This document shows, piece by piece, positions 1 to 9,263 of a DNA stretch of 64,000 nucleotides. Location: positions 7,582-71,581 of the forward strand of contig JADGAN010000027.1 in the NCBI GenBank assembly GCA_015231955.1, in the 5' to 3' direction. How positions within the stretch are numbered: position 1 is the first letter of the stretch; every line of letters begins with the position of its first letter. Source of the stretch: Oligoflexia bacterium. Its GTDB lineage: Bacteria > Bdellovibrionota > Bacteriovoracia > Bacteriovoracales > Bacteriovoracaceae. A model generated the notes under the pieces. That model was not told where the DNA came from. It searched no databases and saw only the letters and a program-made list of their open reading frames with translations. Both the position numbers and the translations under genes were made by a program.

Positions 1-843
1 GCAATATTTTTGTAAATTTTCTCGAACCCTCTTCCACATCATATTGCGATAAGCATTGGGATTAAAGCTCTCATCAAAATAGGGATTAACATACTCTTTA
101 AAATCCACCAGTCGCTCTAGCTGCCAACGCTTTTCCGACGGTAAATATTTTAAGCGCGGCCCATCTCCACGACAAAAACTATAAAAGAGCGTGAATCCTT
201 GAAAATTTGCTTCCAGGTCAGCATAAGAAAAGACGCCCGAGATAAGACGGGAGTAACCTAAAATAGTTCTTTCAGAGAAAACTCCAAGTTTGATACTCTT
301 TTCCATGGCCTGCACATGCGCCTGCTCGGCACTCATCTCTGGATCGGCCGCAAACTTTGCATAATTTCTGACATAAGCAAGGTAGTACATGGCCCCACCT
401 CCTAAAAAATGGGAGAGTTTATCTCCACCCATGCGGATCCCATTTACCTCAATTGTAGGGGAGAGGTACGATTTTACACTACCCCCAAGGTTAAAGCGCC
501 ATATTCCGTTGTAGACCGATTCTTGATAGTAGTTGCTGCGATCACTATGATAGGTTGGGACTTGATCTATTTCAGGATTATACTTAAGCCAGTGGTCACC
601 TTGTTTTAGTGGCCACATGGCCACTCGAGACATGATCTTTTTCACCACCTTTTCGCAGGAGCTGCTCTCCTCTTGCAAAAGCACCTCTTGAATATGCTTA
701 TTAAGATGATCACTGATCTGTTGCCCCGAATCCTGCAACTCTTTATCCCAAGCATAGTATTGATCGGTCTCTGATGCTTGAATCGCTTGTGTACTCATCA
801 AAAGCAAAGCAACAGTTACCACTCTCATTGGAAAACCTTTCAT
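1..843 (-). CDS. hypothetical secreted protein (3' end lies outside window)
   Basis: Uninterrupted minus-strand frame from ATG at 843 to the window edge (281 codons). It is absent from the ORF track because there is no stop in the window. The N-terminus MKGFPMRVVTVALLLMSTQAIQA looks like a Sec signal peptide. No family recognised. Confidence 0.6.
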   Translation of the reverse strand, partial: MKGFPMRVVTVALLLMSTQAIQASETDQYYAWDKELQDSGQQISDHLNKHIQEVLLQEESSSCEKVVKKIMSRVAMWPLKQGDHWLKYNPEIDQVPTYHSDRSNYYQESVYNGIWRFNLGGSVKSYLSPTIEVNGIRMGGDKLSHFLGGGAMYYLAYVRNYAKFAADPEMSAEQAHVQAMEKSIKLGVFSERTILGYSRLISGVFSYADLEANFQGFTLFYSFCRGDGPRLKYLPSEKRWQLERLVDFKEYVNPYFDESFNPNAYRNMMWKRVRENLQKYC

Positions 844-909
844 AACAAATCCTCCCTTGTCTTGGTTCAAGCACTTCGAATATCAAAATAGCATAAATAT
901 CTTTAAAGC

Positions 910-936
910 CTATCGGTATTTTTATTCGAGATTTGA
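910..936 (-). promoter_or_regulatory. sigma-28-like promoter candidate (TCAA-N15-ACCGATAG) for the gene starting at 843
   Basis: Read on the minus strand: TCAA (933-936), 15-nt spacer, ACCGATAG (910-917), 66 nt upstream of the ATG. Member of a motif set recurring in this window. Confidence 0.3.
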
Positions 937-962
937 GGATTTGAGGATTTGAGTGATTTGAG
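930..962. repeat. tandem 8-mer GATTTGAG x4 (three perfect in tandem, the fourth after a 1-nt spacer)
   Basis: Direct reading: GATTTGAG at 930-937, 938-945, 946-953 and 955-962, in the divergent intergenic region between the 843(-) gene and fic. Confidence 0.9.
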
Positions 963-1024
963 TGACATGCACTTGTGGTTTCGCAGCCACTAAAGACGCA
1001 CATGCAAAAGTAAAAATTTGCCTG

Positions 1025-1080
1025 AAAAGTTGCCTGGCAACTTTTGGGAATTGCCGCAATACTTGCGCCAATTCCCAAAA
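1025..1080. promoter_or_regulatory. two adjacent palindromes (candidate operators or hairpins) upstream of fic
   Basis: AAAAGTTGCC-T-GGCAACTTTT (1025-1045) is a perfect 10+1+10 palindrome. TTTTGGGAATTG (1042-1053) pairs with CAATTCCCAAAA (1069-1080), a 12-bp inverted repeat with a 15-nt spacer that adds 3 more pairs. Confidence 0.5.
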
Positions 1081-1171
1081 ATCGGCACACTTCGCTCCAC
1101 TCGCCCTCCAGTCAGATATTTCTTTGATGAATGATTATTGAAAGAATAGCGAAAGAATGTTAAACTGAGTA

Positions 1172-2236
1172 ATGATTGAATTTAAACCCCACATTTATAC
1201 CATTAACTCGAATGTTGTTAACCTGATTGCAGAAATTTCTGCCTTACAGGGCGAACTAAGGACGTCCATTAGGGCCGTCAGGGATGACTATAAAATTTAC
1301 ACTCTTGCGAACGTCGATGCCGTCCATTATTCTACCAAAATTGAAGGGAATAAACTGACAAGAGATCAGGTAACAAAGGCCCTTGAAGGAAGTAAAAAAA
1401 AAATTGCAGTCAATCATGACATCCAAGAAGTGATTAATTATTCAAAGGCAAGAAATTTTGTTTTTGAGCAAACTCGTCAAAAAATTGATATTGATTTTAT
1501 TCTTTCAGTCCACGCTCAGTTGTTAGATAAAATTGTAAAAGGAAAGCTCAAGGGACATTTCAGAGAGGCCCAAAATGTCATCAAAGATTCTAGTTCTGGA
1601 AATATCGTCTATTTGCCTCCTGAAGCATCGGATGTTTTACCTTTGATGAAAGGGCTTTTAAGGTACGTTCAAAAAAGTCAGATTGAAAAAATAAGCCCCC
1701 TTGTTCTTGCTCCAATTTTTCATTATGAATTTGTAAGCATTCATCCCTTCATGGACGGAAATGGAAGATTGGCCCGTATTATTACCAATGCAATTATTGC
1801 TATTGGAGGATACGATGTTCATAAATATGCCGCTCTTGAAAAACAACATGAGAAAGAAAGAGCACAATATTACCATTCATTAAGGTCTCTTCAATCTCAA
1901 AATTACTATGACATTCCTTACTCGCAAAATATTACAACTTGGATTATTTATTGGCTGAATTGTTTAAAAGAAACATATAAAGAGGCCATCTCCAGAGTTT
2001 CTCCACTTTCTAAGTCAATTGTATCTAAAGAGATTATTCATAATGATCGATTAACAAGGGCCGTTTCACTTTTTAAACGCCATCTAACAATCAAGGCCGC
2101 TGACTATGCCATTATGATGGGACTTGAAAGGACTCAGGCAGTTGCTGATTTAAATATTTTATTAAAGAAGAAAATAATTGAGAAAATTGGAGGAGGAAGA
2201 TCAACTATCTACAAGATAAAAAATGGTTCTATCTGA
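1172..2236 (+). CDS. Fic/DOC family protein (probable AMPylase), class II autoinhibited type, with a C-terminal wHTH-like tail
   Basis: Canonical Fic motif HPFMDGNGRLAR. The upstream N-terminal STKIEG matches the inhibitory (S/T)xxxE(G/N) motif. Confidence 0.9.
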   Translation: MIEFKPHIYTINSNVVNLIAEISALQGELRTSIRAVRDDYKIYTLANVDAVHYSTKIEGNKLTRDQVTKALEGSKKKIAVNHDIQEVINYSKARNFVFEQTRQKIDIDFILSVHAQLLDKIVKGKLKGHFREAQNVIKDSSSGNIVYLPPEASDVLPLMKGLLRYVQKSQIEKISPLVLAPIFHYEFVSIHPFMDGNGRLARIITNAIIAIGGYDVHKYAALEKQHEKERAQYYHSLRSLQSQNYYDIPYSQNITTWIIYWLNCLKETYKEAISRVSPLSKSIVSKEIIHNDRLTRAVSLFKRHLTIKAADYAIMMGLERTQAVADLNILLKKKIIEKIGGGRSTIYKIKNGSI

Positions 2237-2503
2237 ACTTCCCAATTGGTTTTTAAGTGATTCCCGATAAAAACGCAGATGCAAAAGTAGGGCAACGACT
2301 GATGAATCAATCCCCTCTATCATAACGCAACTGAGTGCTTGCATTTTGTATGCACACACTCATGAAAATATTGATCATCCTCTGCAACCGCGATAGTATG
2401 CGGCAGGTTGTTATTACCAACTACTTAGACTTGTCAACAACTCGCCCTTAAAGGAGCAAGCTTGTGAAAACAAGTTCGAGGTTGATGAGGAGGCCTTTAG
2501 AAA

Positions 2504-2707
2504 ATGCAGAAGTTGATGAAAGATAAAAAACTCCAATATCAGGCACTAAAAAAAATATCTCCCGCCAAAAGGGTCTCGATTGCATTGGATTTGATCTACT
2601 CTGCCAGAGAATTAAAGCGGGCCGCACTACGACTAAAGTACAAGGATGCAACACCAGAAGAGATCGATGCAAAACTCAAGGAACTAATTCGTTATGCAAC
2701 AACATAA
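2504..2707 (+). CDS. small hypothetical protein (67 aa), 14-nt overlap with the downstream nucleotidyltransferase gene
   Basis: Strong RBS GAGGAGG about 9 nt upstream of the ATG. Helical, charged sequence. Overlap with the next ORF suggests translational coupling. Confidence 0.55.
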   Translation: MQKLMKDKKLQYQALKKISPAKRVSIALDLIYSARELKRAALRLKYKDATPEEIDAKLKELIRYATT

Positions 2708-3269
2708 TCTTTTTGCAATCTTTGTCGACCGCTTAAATAGCGCTCAAATTCACTATGTAGTTACCGGTTCTGTGGCCGCAATTGCCTATGGTGAACCTCG
2801 AGTGACCCACGATATCGATTTGGTGGTCGATTGTGATCAGGCCCAGGTACAAAAAATCGTAGAGGCATTCCCCATTGAAGAGTTCTATTGCCCTCCCATG
2901 GAAACACTGATCATCGAGATCAAACGTAAAGAACGAGGCCATTTTAACTTAATCCATCTGGACACAGGATTTAAGGCAGACATCTATCTGGTTGGAGACC
3001 AAGATTTTCTGGTATGGGCGCTCGACAATGCTCAAACAATTGATTTTCTCAATAGCAAAATGAAGGTTGCTCCTGTTGAGTATGTCATTGTCAAAAAATT
3101 GGAGTACTACCGAGAAGGCCGCTCTCAAAAGCACCTAAGCGACATCAAAAATATGCTCAACATCTCCCAAGAGGAGATCGATTTTACAAAGCTTCAATAT
3201 TTTATCTCCCAGTTTGGTCTTGAGAGCATCTTTAAAAAAGCACAAGAGTTTGAGATCGATTCAATATAA
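2694..3269 (+). CDS. minimal nucleotidyltransferase (pol-beta superfamily) fold protein
   Basis: TGSVAAIAYGEPRVTHDIDLVV fits the hG[GS]-x9-13-Dh[DE]h NTase signature. The C-terminal YYREGRSQKHLSDI resembles a conserved motif of uncharacterised small NTases. Confidence 0.7.
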   Translation: MQQHNLFAIFVDRLNSAQIHYVVTGSVAAIAYGEPRVTHDIDLVVDCDQAQVQKIVEAFPIEEFYCPPMETLIIEIKRKERGHFNLIHLDTGFKADIYLVGDQDFLVWALDNAQTIDFLNSKMKVAPVEYVIVKKLEYYREGRSQKHLSDIKNMLNISQEEIDFTKLQYFISQFGLESIFKKAQEFEIDSI

Positions 3270-3276
3270 AAGTAAA

Positions 3277-3339
3277 GTGCTGGCCGATTTTCGGGACTCA
3301 CCACAATACTCGCACCAAGTCCCAAAAGTCGGCTGGCAC
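3277..3339. repeat. REP-like inverted pair forming a 22-bp hairpin
   Basis: GTGCTGGCCGATTTTCGGGACT (3277-3298) pairs with AGTCCCAAAAGTCGGCTGGCAC (3318-3339): 18 Watson-Crick pairs, 3 G-U pairs that work only in the plus-strand RNA, and 1 mismatch. The right arm is a variant of the 30-mer at 36109 and 47580. Confidence 0.7.
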
Positions 3340-3391
3340 AAATTCAAATTCCCCACTTGGCAGATCCATTATTTGTTTTTAACTTATTAAA

Positions 3392-5428
3392 ATGGGTATG
3401 CAAAAAAATAAGGGGGCCTATCTGGAAGCTGTAACCACTTCACCACTGGCAACGACAACGACAACGCTAGAAAAAAGTTGGCAAGATTACTTTAGTAAAA
3501 AACAATGGATTATCTTTTTGCTGCTGATCTTGATCGGCACTATCATGCGTTTTGCCTCTATTGAATCGCGCCCTCTTCATCACGATGAGGCGCTCACCTC
3601 CACCTATGGCAACTATGCACTTGTTGATCCGCATGAGAAATTCTACCACTATAATCCACTTTTACACGGACCTCTCCTCTACGATAGCCTCTCCTTTGTC
3701 TTTAACATCTTTGGGGCCAACAATTGGAGTGGTCGAGTGATGATGGCGTTTTTAGGAACGCTCTTTATTTTTGTTCCCTTCCTCTTTCGTCGCTTTATGC
3801 ATCCGCTGGCAACAATTTGTCTGACCACCCTTTGGTCGCTCTCTCCAAGCTTTATCTACTGGTCGCGCTTTATTCATCAAGATCATCACATCATCTTCGC
3901 GATGATGTTAATGGCCTATGGCGTATTGCTCGCCCCTAAACAATATCGCTCGCTCTTAGTGATTTTGGGTATTACTCTACAGATGTGTTTAAAGTTAAAT
4001 GTCTATGTACACTTAACTATTTTGCTGGGTTATCTACTCTTTGAATTTTGCCACCACTTGATCACACGCACGCAGGAGCAAACGCTACTCAAACGCAGCT
4101 GGCTCAACTTAAAAGAGCACCCCTTAATGTTACTACTCTCAATCGCCATTGGCGCCTTTATCTATTGTTATTCCTACTCTGCAGGCTTTCTCTATATCAA
4201 GGGGATCCTCGATGGGCTCTATCGCGAGAGTTTTCCCTATTGGCTAAATCAACACAATATTGAACGTATCAAGGGCCCTTTTCTTTATCATTTTTTCTCA
4301 CTTAGTTGGTACGACTTCATTGTGGTGCTGCTTTTCCTGGCCCACTTCTTTCACTTTTACATCAAGAAGAGCAACTGGATCTCTCGCGCCTCTATGCTTA
4401 TTGCTATTATTTTGTCCACACTACTCATGTTTGCCTATAAAAATGGCATCGTCGAGATCAGCTTCTTTTGGAGCTTCTTTAAGTTTAAAAATGCGATGGA
4501 TTGCTTTGGTCCCATCATCGTTGCCGTTCATGCGCTAAACATCACCATCTACCATTTAAACCATCAACAAAAAAACCTCGCATTCTGGGGATACATGACC
4601 ATGGCGATGTTCTTTACCTATGGTTATCTTGGTGAAAAAGTGCCTTGGCTTACGCTTTATATCTACCTTCCAGCAACCCTCTACACGCTCTTTTATTTTC
4701 AGCACTACTTTCTTCATGAGAGCGCTGGGAAAAATTTCGGCCACTATCAGGCCTTTTCCTTGCGTGCTGTCCTCTTGGCCGTTGGTATTTTCACACTGCT
4801 GCTTACACAAATTTTCTACCTTGAGCGCGATGTGGAGTATATGCCTAACCTTTACTACTTTATTGGACTTGGGGCCGCCTCACTCTTAGTAGCGCTCTAC
4901 CTCTATCTTCGTCGTCAAGATCCTCGCTTTAATCTAGCTCTTTGCTCGTATACCGTAGCTGTACTCTTTCTCTTAAAGATTGCGATCATCACCAACTTCT
5001 CACGTGCCGGTAGCGATACAGAGTTTCTTTGTCAAGTTCACACCAGTGCCACCTTTCAAGACATTGCTCTTACTATTCGCCAAGAGATGATCTCTCCCTA
5101 TCGAGGAGAGCGACCGATGCTCCTCACCACCGGGGCATCCATCTGGCCGATGACTTGGTTTATGCGCGACCTCCGCCCTTTCTACACCTTCATTGCCAAC
5201 AAAAACACCGACAAGAAAAATTTCCACTATATCATCGAAGATGGTTACAACAACGATGCCTCCCTCAAGCAGACCCACTACGTTCAATACTTACCTCTGC
5301 GCCACTGGTGGGTTCCCGACTACGAAGGGATGAACCTCTTCAAATACCTCTACTATGCCTTTGAACATCGCCCCTGGAACCAGCCTGGCGCCATGTTCAT
5401 CACCTTCGCCAAAAGAAAAAATTTTTAG
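3392..5428 (+). CDS. polytopic GT-C-fold glycosyltransferase-like membrane protein (ArnT/PMT-like, resembles the TIGR03663 family)
   Basis: 678 aa with many predicted TM segments. The early loop motif RPLHHDEALTS is typical of ArnT/PMT-like GT-C enzymes. Confidence 0.65.
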   Translation: MGMQKNKGAYLEAVTTSPLATTTTTLEKSWQDYFSKKQWIIFLLLILIGTIMRFASIESRPLHHDEALTSTYGNYALVDPHEKFYHYNPLLHGPLLYDSLSFVFNIFGANNWSGRVMMAFLGTLFIFVPFLFRRFMHPLATICLTTLWSLSPSFIYWSRFIHQDHHIIFAMMLMAYGVLLAPKQYRSLLVILGITLQMCLKLNVYVHLTILLGYLLFEFCHHLITRTQEQTLLKRSWLNLKEHPLMLLLSIAIGAFIYCYSYSAGFLYIKGILDGLYRESFPYWLNQHNIERIKGPFLYHFFSLSWYDFIVVLLFLAHFFHFYIKKSNWISRASMLIAIILSTLLMFAYKNGIVEISFFWSFFKFKNAMDCFGPIIVAVHALNITIYHLNHQQKNLAFWGYMTMAMFFTYGYLGEKVPWLTLYIYLPATLYTLFYFQHYFLHESAGKNFGHYQAFSLRAVLLAVGIFTLLLTQIFYLERDVEYMPNLYYFIGLGAASLLVALYLYLRRQDPRFNLALCSYTVAVLFLLKIAIITNFSRAGSDTEFLCQVHTSATFQDIALTIRQEMISPYRGERPMLLTTGASIWPMTWFMRDLRPFYTFIANKNTDKKNFHYIIEDGYNNDASLKQTHYVQYLPLRHWWVPDYEGMNLFKYLYYAFEHRPWNQPGAMFITFAKRKNF

Positions 5429-5455
5429 TAATTTTTTGGGACTAGGTTCCGATAC
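5429..5455 (+). promoter_or_regulatory. sigma-28-like motif TAAT-N15-TCCGATAC directly upstream of the 5464 gene
   Basis: Good motif match, but the -10 element ends only 8 nt before the ATG. The RBS would be excluded unless the mRNA is leaderless. Confidence 0.25.
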
Positions 5456-5463
5456 TAGGGAGT

Positions 5464-7242
5464 ATGAAAAAATATTTTTTACTCCCCACTCTAACTCTAC
5501 TATTCTTATTGAGCAGCAATAAGCAGGCCTATACACAGGGTCCTATCTATACTCCGATCGTTAGTGATGTGGAGCAAGCGCAACTTAATCGTGGAGGCAC
5601 GACAAGTGCACAAAACGCTCCCCCACCTCCTGGGGGTTATACTTACGATCAGCAAAAAACCATTCAAGAGTATGAGCATAGTGGGTGGCTCGATCGCCAA
5701 CTCGATAAGGCCTGCAAAGATAACGAGGCCAATTGTCTCACCTATGACGACTTTGCCTTTAGTAAAAACGTTGATGGTTACATTGAGGCCGCCGCCAAAT
5801 CGCTAGGAACCATGCAGATGATGTTGGGAATGATGGGGATGATGTCGGGAGGAGGAATGGGTGGTGGTAGCACTGCTGGAGAGACGAAGCCTGGTGCCAA
5901 CTCCTGCCCGGGAATCTCGCTCATGCTTTGTGGGGCCCCCCCGCAGGCGGCCGAGATGATTGGAATGACCACGCAACAGTTAAACTCCCAAACGGCACAA
6001 GCACAAATGTCCGCTCAAAGCTCCTATGCTGCTAACGGATCCCCACTCAAGAAAAAAGATATGCAACTCGAATCGCTACTCAAAATGAAGAGTGCCTATC
6101 AGACGCGTGAACGCACCGCTTGGATTCAGATGAGTGGGTGGGCGGCAGGCACTGCATGTTCAATTGCCACTAGCGCAATGGCCACCAAAGCGGTGGCCGC
6201 TAGCAGTGGTGCCCTTTGCAAATTTCAGCTGACTCAATCACTCATCACCACTGCACTGGGATCGTTCCTTACCGCCTTTTATCTAAAAAAAGCAATGGCC
6301 GCTAAAAAGCGTGCAGAGCTGCTGCAAGCGGTGATTGATCAGTTTGAAAAGTTGATAGGAAAATCCAATTGCAATCCTATCTCCGATACCATCTGCTATT
6401 GTGCTCAACCGGAGACGATGAACGACGTTCAATATTGTGTCCCGCCGGCCTTTCGTAGTCGCGCCGATGGAGTCGCGCAAGTGGTGAGTTGTGTAAACAA
6501 CCAGATGAAAAACGATCCGATGTGCACTTGCCTCTCTACCTCAACTTGCATAGACACCATCTTTAATAAATTCCCAAAAGAGTTACAGTTAAACTCTGGT
6601 GCTGTAGGCCCCGATGTGCGCTCGATCGCTCCCGTCTTCCAAGGAAAATTTGACCCGGCCAAAGTTGGTATGGCCGCAAGTCGCCTCTCTAATATCGGCA
6701 AGCGACTCCTTCAGCAGCATACACCTCCTGTGCTTTCAGCACAGCTCAGCTCCAAGCAAGAACACATGGCCAAGGCCTTTGAAGCAGATGGCATCCCTTC
6801 CCAGTGGGCACGCTATTTAGCAGCGGCCCCTACTCATGGAGATCAAGCGGCACTTATGGGAAAATTAGGATCTGCCTCCGAAGGCGATTTAAGCGATGAC
6901 GATTTAAAAAAATTGTTAAAAGCAGGGAGTGATATTGCCAGTGGGAAAGCGATCTTTTTTGAAGCGGGAGGAGGTAGAGGGGGGAGCGGTAATAAAGCAG
7001 ACAATAGTGGCGATCCCAACATTGCTGAACTCTTAAAAAAATTACAACAACAAAAGGCCGGAGGCGATGGTGCCGGTGCTAAAGAAAACAGGCACCTCCT
7101 CGATATCCAAGGAAAAGTGGATGCGGCCACCAAGGCAGCAGAGATTAATAACGATGCTAGCAGAAATATTTTTGAAATTCTCTCTCGTCGCTACAAAGTC
7201 TCAACTTGGGGGCGTTTTGGCGTTGTTAATGCTCACCCATAG
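5464..7242 (+). CDS. hypothetical secreted protein with a Met/Gly-rich tract and a Cys-rich domain
   Basis: Signal peptide MKKYFLLPTLTLLFLLSSNKQAYT; MQMMLGMMGMMSGGGMGGGS tract; cluster of about 10 Cys (CNPISDTICYCAQ...CTCLSTSTC). No family recognised. Confidence 0.7.
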   Translation: MKKYFLLPTLTLLFLLSSNKQAYTQGPIYTPIVSDVEQAQLNRGGTTSAQNAPPPPGGYTYDQQKTIQEYEHSGWLDRQLDKACKDNEANCLTYDDFAFSKNVDGYIEAAAKSLGTMQMMLGMMGMMSGGGMGGGSTAGETKPGANSCPGISLMLCGAPPQAAEMIGMTTQQLNSQTAQAQMSAQSSYAANGSPLKKKDMQLESLLKMKSAYQTRERTAWIQMSGWAAGTACSIATSAMATKAVAASSGALCKFQLTQSLITTALGSFLTAFYLKKAMAAKKRAELLQAVIDQFEKLIGKSNCNPISDTICYCAQPETMNDVQYCVPPAFRSRADGVAQVVSCVNNQMKNDPMCTCLSTSTCIDTIFNKFPKELQLNSGAVGPDVRSIAPVFQGKFDPAKVGMAASRLSNIGKRLLQQHTPPVLSAQLSSKQEHMAKAFEADGIPSQWARYLAAAPTHGDQAALMGKLGSASEGDLSDDDLKKLLKAGSDIASGKAIFFEAGGGRGGSGNKADNSGDPNIAELLKKLQQQKAGGDGAGAKENRHLLDIQGKVDAATKAAEINNDASRNIFEILSRRYKVSTWGRFGVVNAHP

Positions 7243-7696
7243 AGGAGAATTTATCAATGCGCACGCGGTGTCTGCCTTCAGCAAAGACCGTCAATCGCCA
7301 AGTCTGTACCATCTGCTTTGCAAGCTCAATCGTAGTGAATCTGGCACCAAGGCATAAGACGTTTGCATCGTTATGCTCACGTGAAAGCCTCGCATCCTCT
7401 TCACTTCGGCAAAGCGCCGCACGAATACCACTAAAACGATTGGCAACCATCGACATACCAATCCCTGAACCGCAAATGAGCACTCCAAGGGTGTAACTGT
7501 TTCCACTCGCTCTAGCTGTTATAAAATCGCGACAAAGCGTCAGTGCCCAATCGGAGTAGTCGGTCGATTGCATCTCTTGATGAGGGCCAATATCCACGAT
7601 CTCATCGTTTGGAAAGTGTTGTTTCCAGTGCGCGATGAGATCGCTTTTATATTGAACACCACTATGATCAGAGGCCAAAAAAACTTTATAATTCAT
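7226..7696 (-). CDS. rpiB: ribose-5-phosphate isomerase B
   Basis: ICGSGIGMSMVANR and EHNDANVLCLGAR motifs of the RpiB/LacAB family; 156 aa. Confidence 0.9.
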   Translation of the reverse strand: MNYKVFLASDHSGVQYKSDLIAHWKQHFPNDEIVDIGPHQEMQSTDYSDWALTLCRDFITARASGNSYTLGVLICGSGIGMSMVANRFSGIRAALCRSEEDARLSREHNDANVLCLGARFTTIELAKQMVQTWRLTVFAEGRHRVRIDKFSSMGEH

Positions 7697-7723
7697 GGTG
7701 AAGTAACCTTAAGTTATTCATTC

Positions 7724-9148
7724 CTAGTAACGATAGTGATCAGGCTTATACGGTCCTTCGATTGGAATCGTAGTATACTCTGACTGCTTTTGCGTCAGCT
7801 GTGTAAGCCCAGCATTTAATTTTTCAAGGTGCAATTTTGCCACCTCTTCATCCAATTTTTTAGGAAGATTATAGAGGCGAACTTTATTATTATCTTTATT
7901 CTTCCACAACTCGATTTGTGCTAAGGTTTGATTGCTAAAAGAACAAGACATCACGAAGGATGGGTGTCCATTAGCACAACCAAGATTCACCAAGCGGCCT
8001 TCGGCCAACAAGATAATCGCATGCTTATTATCAGGGAAGGTATAAGTTGCAACTTGTGGTTTAATCTCTTTGCGAACCATTCCCGATACGGCCTGTAAAC
8101 CAGCAACATCGATTTCACTATCAAAATGGCCAATGTTACATACAATCGCTTGATCCTTCATGCGCTTCATATGATCTACAGTAATTACACTCACATTTCC
8201 TGTCGCTGTTACAAAAATATCCGCCTTATCCACAACATCTTCAAGTTTTGCTACGGTATAACCTTCCATCGCTGCTTGCAACGCACAAATAGGATCAATT
8301 TCGGTTATAACCACGCGGCAACCTTGGAAACGTAGCGATTGTGCACAACCTTTACCAACATCACCATAACCACAGACCACCGCCATCTTTCCTGCTGCCA
8401 TCACCCCTGTCGCACGCTTAATACCGTCAAGGAGCGATTCACGACAGCCATAAAGATTATCAAATTTTGATTTAGTAACCGAGTCGTTCACATTGATCGC
8501 CGGAACCAGCAGCTGGCCACTCTTTTCCATTAAGAAGAGGCGGTGAACACCAGTGGTGGTCTCTTCAGAAACGCCATGCCACTCTTTTACTGTACGATGC
8601 CAGAAATCGCGATCCTCTTTTAAGATCTTCTTTAAAATATTAAGCAACTCTTGCTCATCACCACTCTCAGCACGTACATCTAATACTTTGGAATCGTTCT
8701 CAGCAGCATACCCTTTGTGAATCATAATGGTCGCATCCCCACCATCATCAACAATCAAATTGGGCCCCTTATTGCCAGGGAAGGTGAGTGCCTCTTTACA
8801 ACACCACCAATACTCTTCCAGCGTCTCACCTTTCCATGCAAACACTGGCACTCCCGCTTTAGCAATCGCTGCAGCGGCGTGATCTTGAGTCGAATAGATA
8901 TTACAGGAGGCCCAGCGAACATCAGCTCCAAGCTCCACCAGCGTCTCAATCAACACTGCAGTTTGAATCGTCATATGTAAAGAACCGGAAACACGCGCTC
9001 CTTTGAGTGGTTTTTGGGTGCCATACATTCTTCGAAGGGCCATTAACCCCGGCATCTCTTTCTCGGCCATGGCAATCTCATCGCGCCCCCAAGTTGCGAG
9101 TGAGATGTCTTTTACCTTATACGGCAGAGATTTTGGATTTGTGCTCAT
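7724..9148 (-). CDS. ahcY: adenosylhomocysteinase
   Basis: Full-length AhcY hallmarks ([27 protein letters not shown] site, C-terminal [10 protein letters not shown]). Start moved to the ATG at 9148, preceded by AAGGAAG. Confidence 0.95.
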   Translation of the reverse strand: MSTNPKSLPYKVKDISLATWGRDEIAMAEKEMPGLMALRRMYGTQKPLKGARVSGSLHMTIQTAVLIETLVELGADVRWASCNIYSTQDHAAAAIAKAGVPVFAWKGETLEEYWWCCKEALTFPGNKGPNLIVDDGGDATIMIHKGYAAENDSKVLDVRAESGDEQELLNILKKILKEDRDFWHRTVKEWHGVSEETTTGVHRLFLMEKSGQLLVPAINVNDSVTKSKFDNLYGCRESLLDGIKRATGVMAAGKMAVVCGYGDVGKGCAQSLRFQGCRVVITEIDPICALQAAMEGYTVAKLEDVVDKADIFVTATGNVSVITVDHMKRMKDQAIVCNIGHFDSEIDVAGLQAVSGMVRKEIKPQVATYTFPDNKHAIILLAEGRLVNLGCANGHPSFVMSCSFSNQTLAQIELWKNKDNNKVRLYNLPKKLDEEVAKLHLEKLNAGLTQLTQKQSEYTTIPIEGPYKPDHYRY

Positions 9149-9263
9149 CTTTTGCTTCCTTTGTAAAACCAATTCTGTTAAGAATGTGAATCTTTAATAA
9201 CGTGAGTAACCTTATAACTAAATATAGTTTTATAAATTTACACTAATAGAGAAGAAATACACC

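Noticed and set aside
743-1090. 115-aa ORF on the minus strand spanning the fic upstream region.
   Set aside because: It overlaps the real start of the 1-843 gene in another frame and runs through tandem repeats and palindromes. It has no RBS and no protein-like features.
9149-9263. Possible SAH riboswitch upstream of ahcY.
   Set aside because: The leader is short and very AT-rich. It has no GC-rich pseudoknot-forming segments like those of known SAH riboswitches, so it looks like a plain divergent promoter region.
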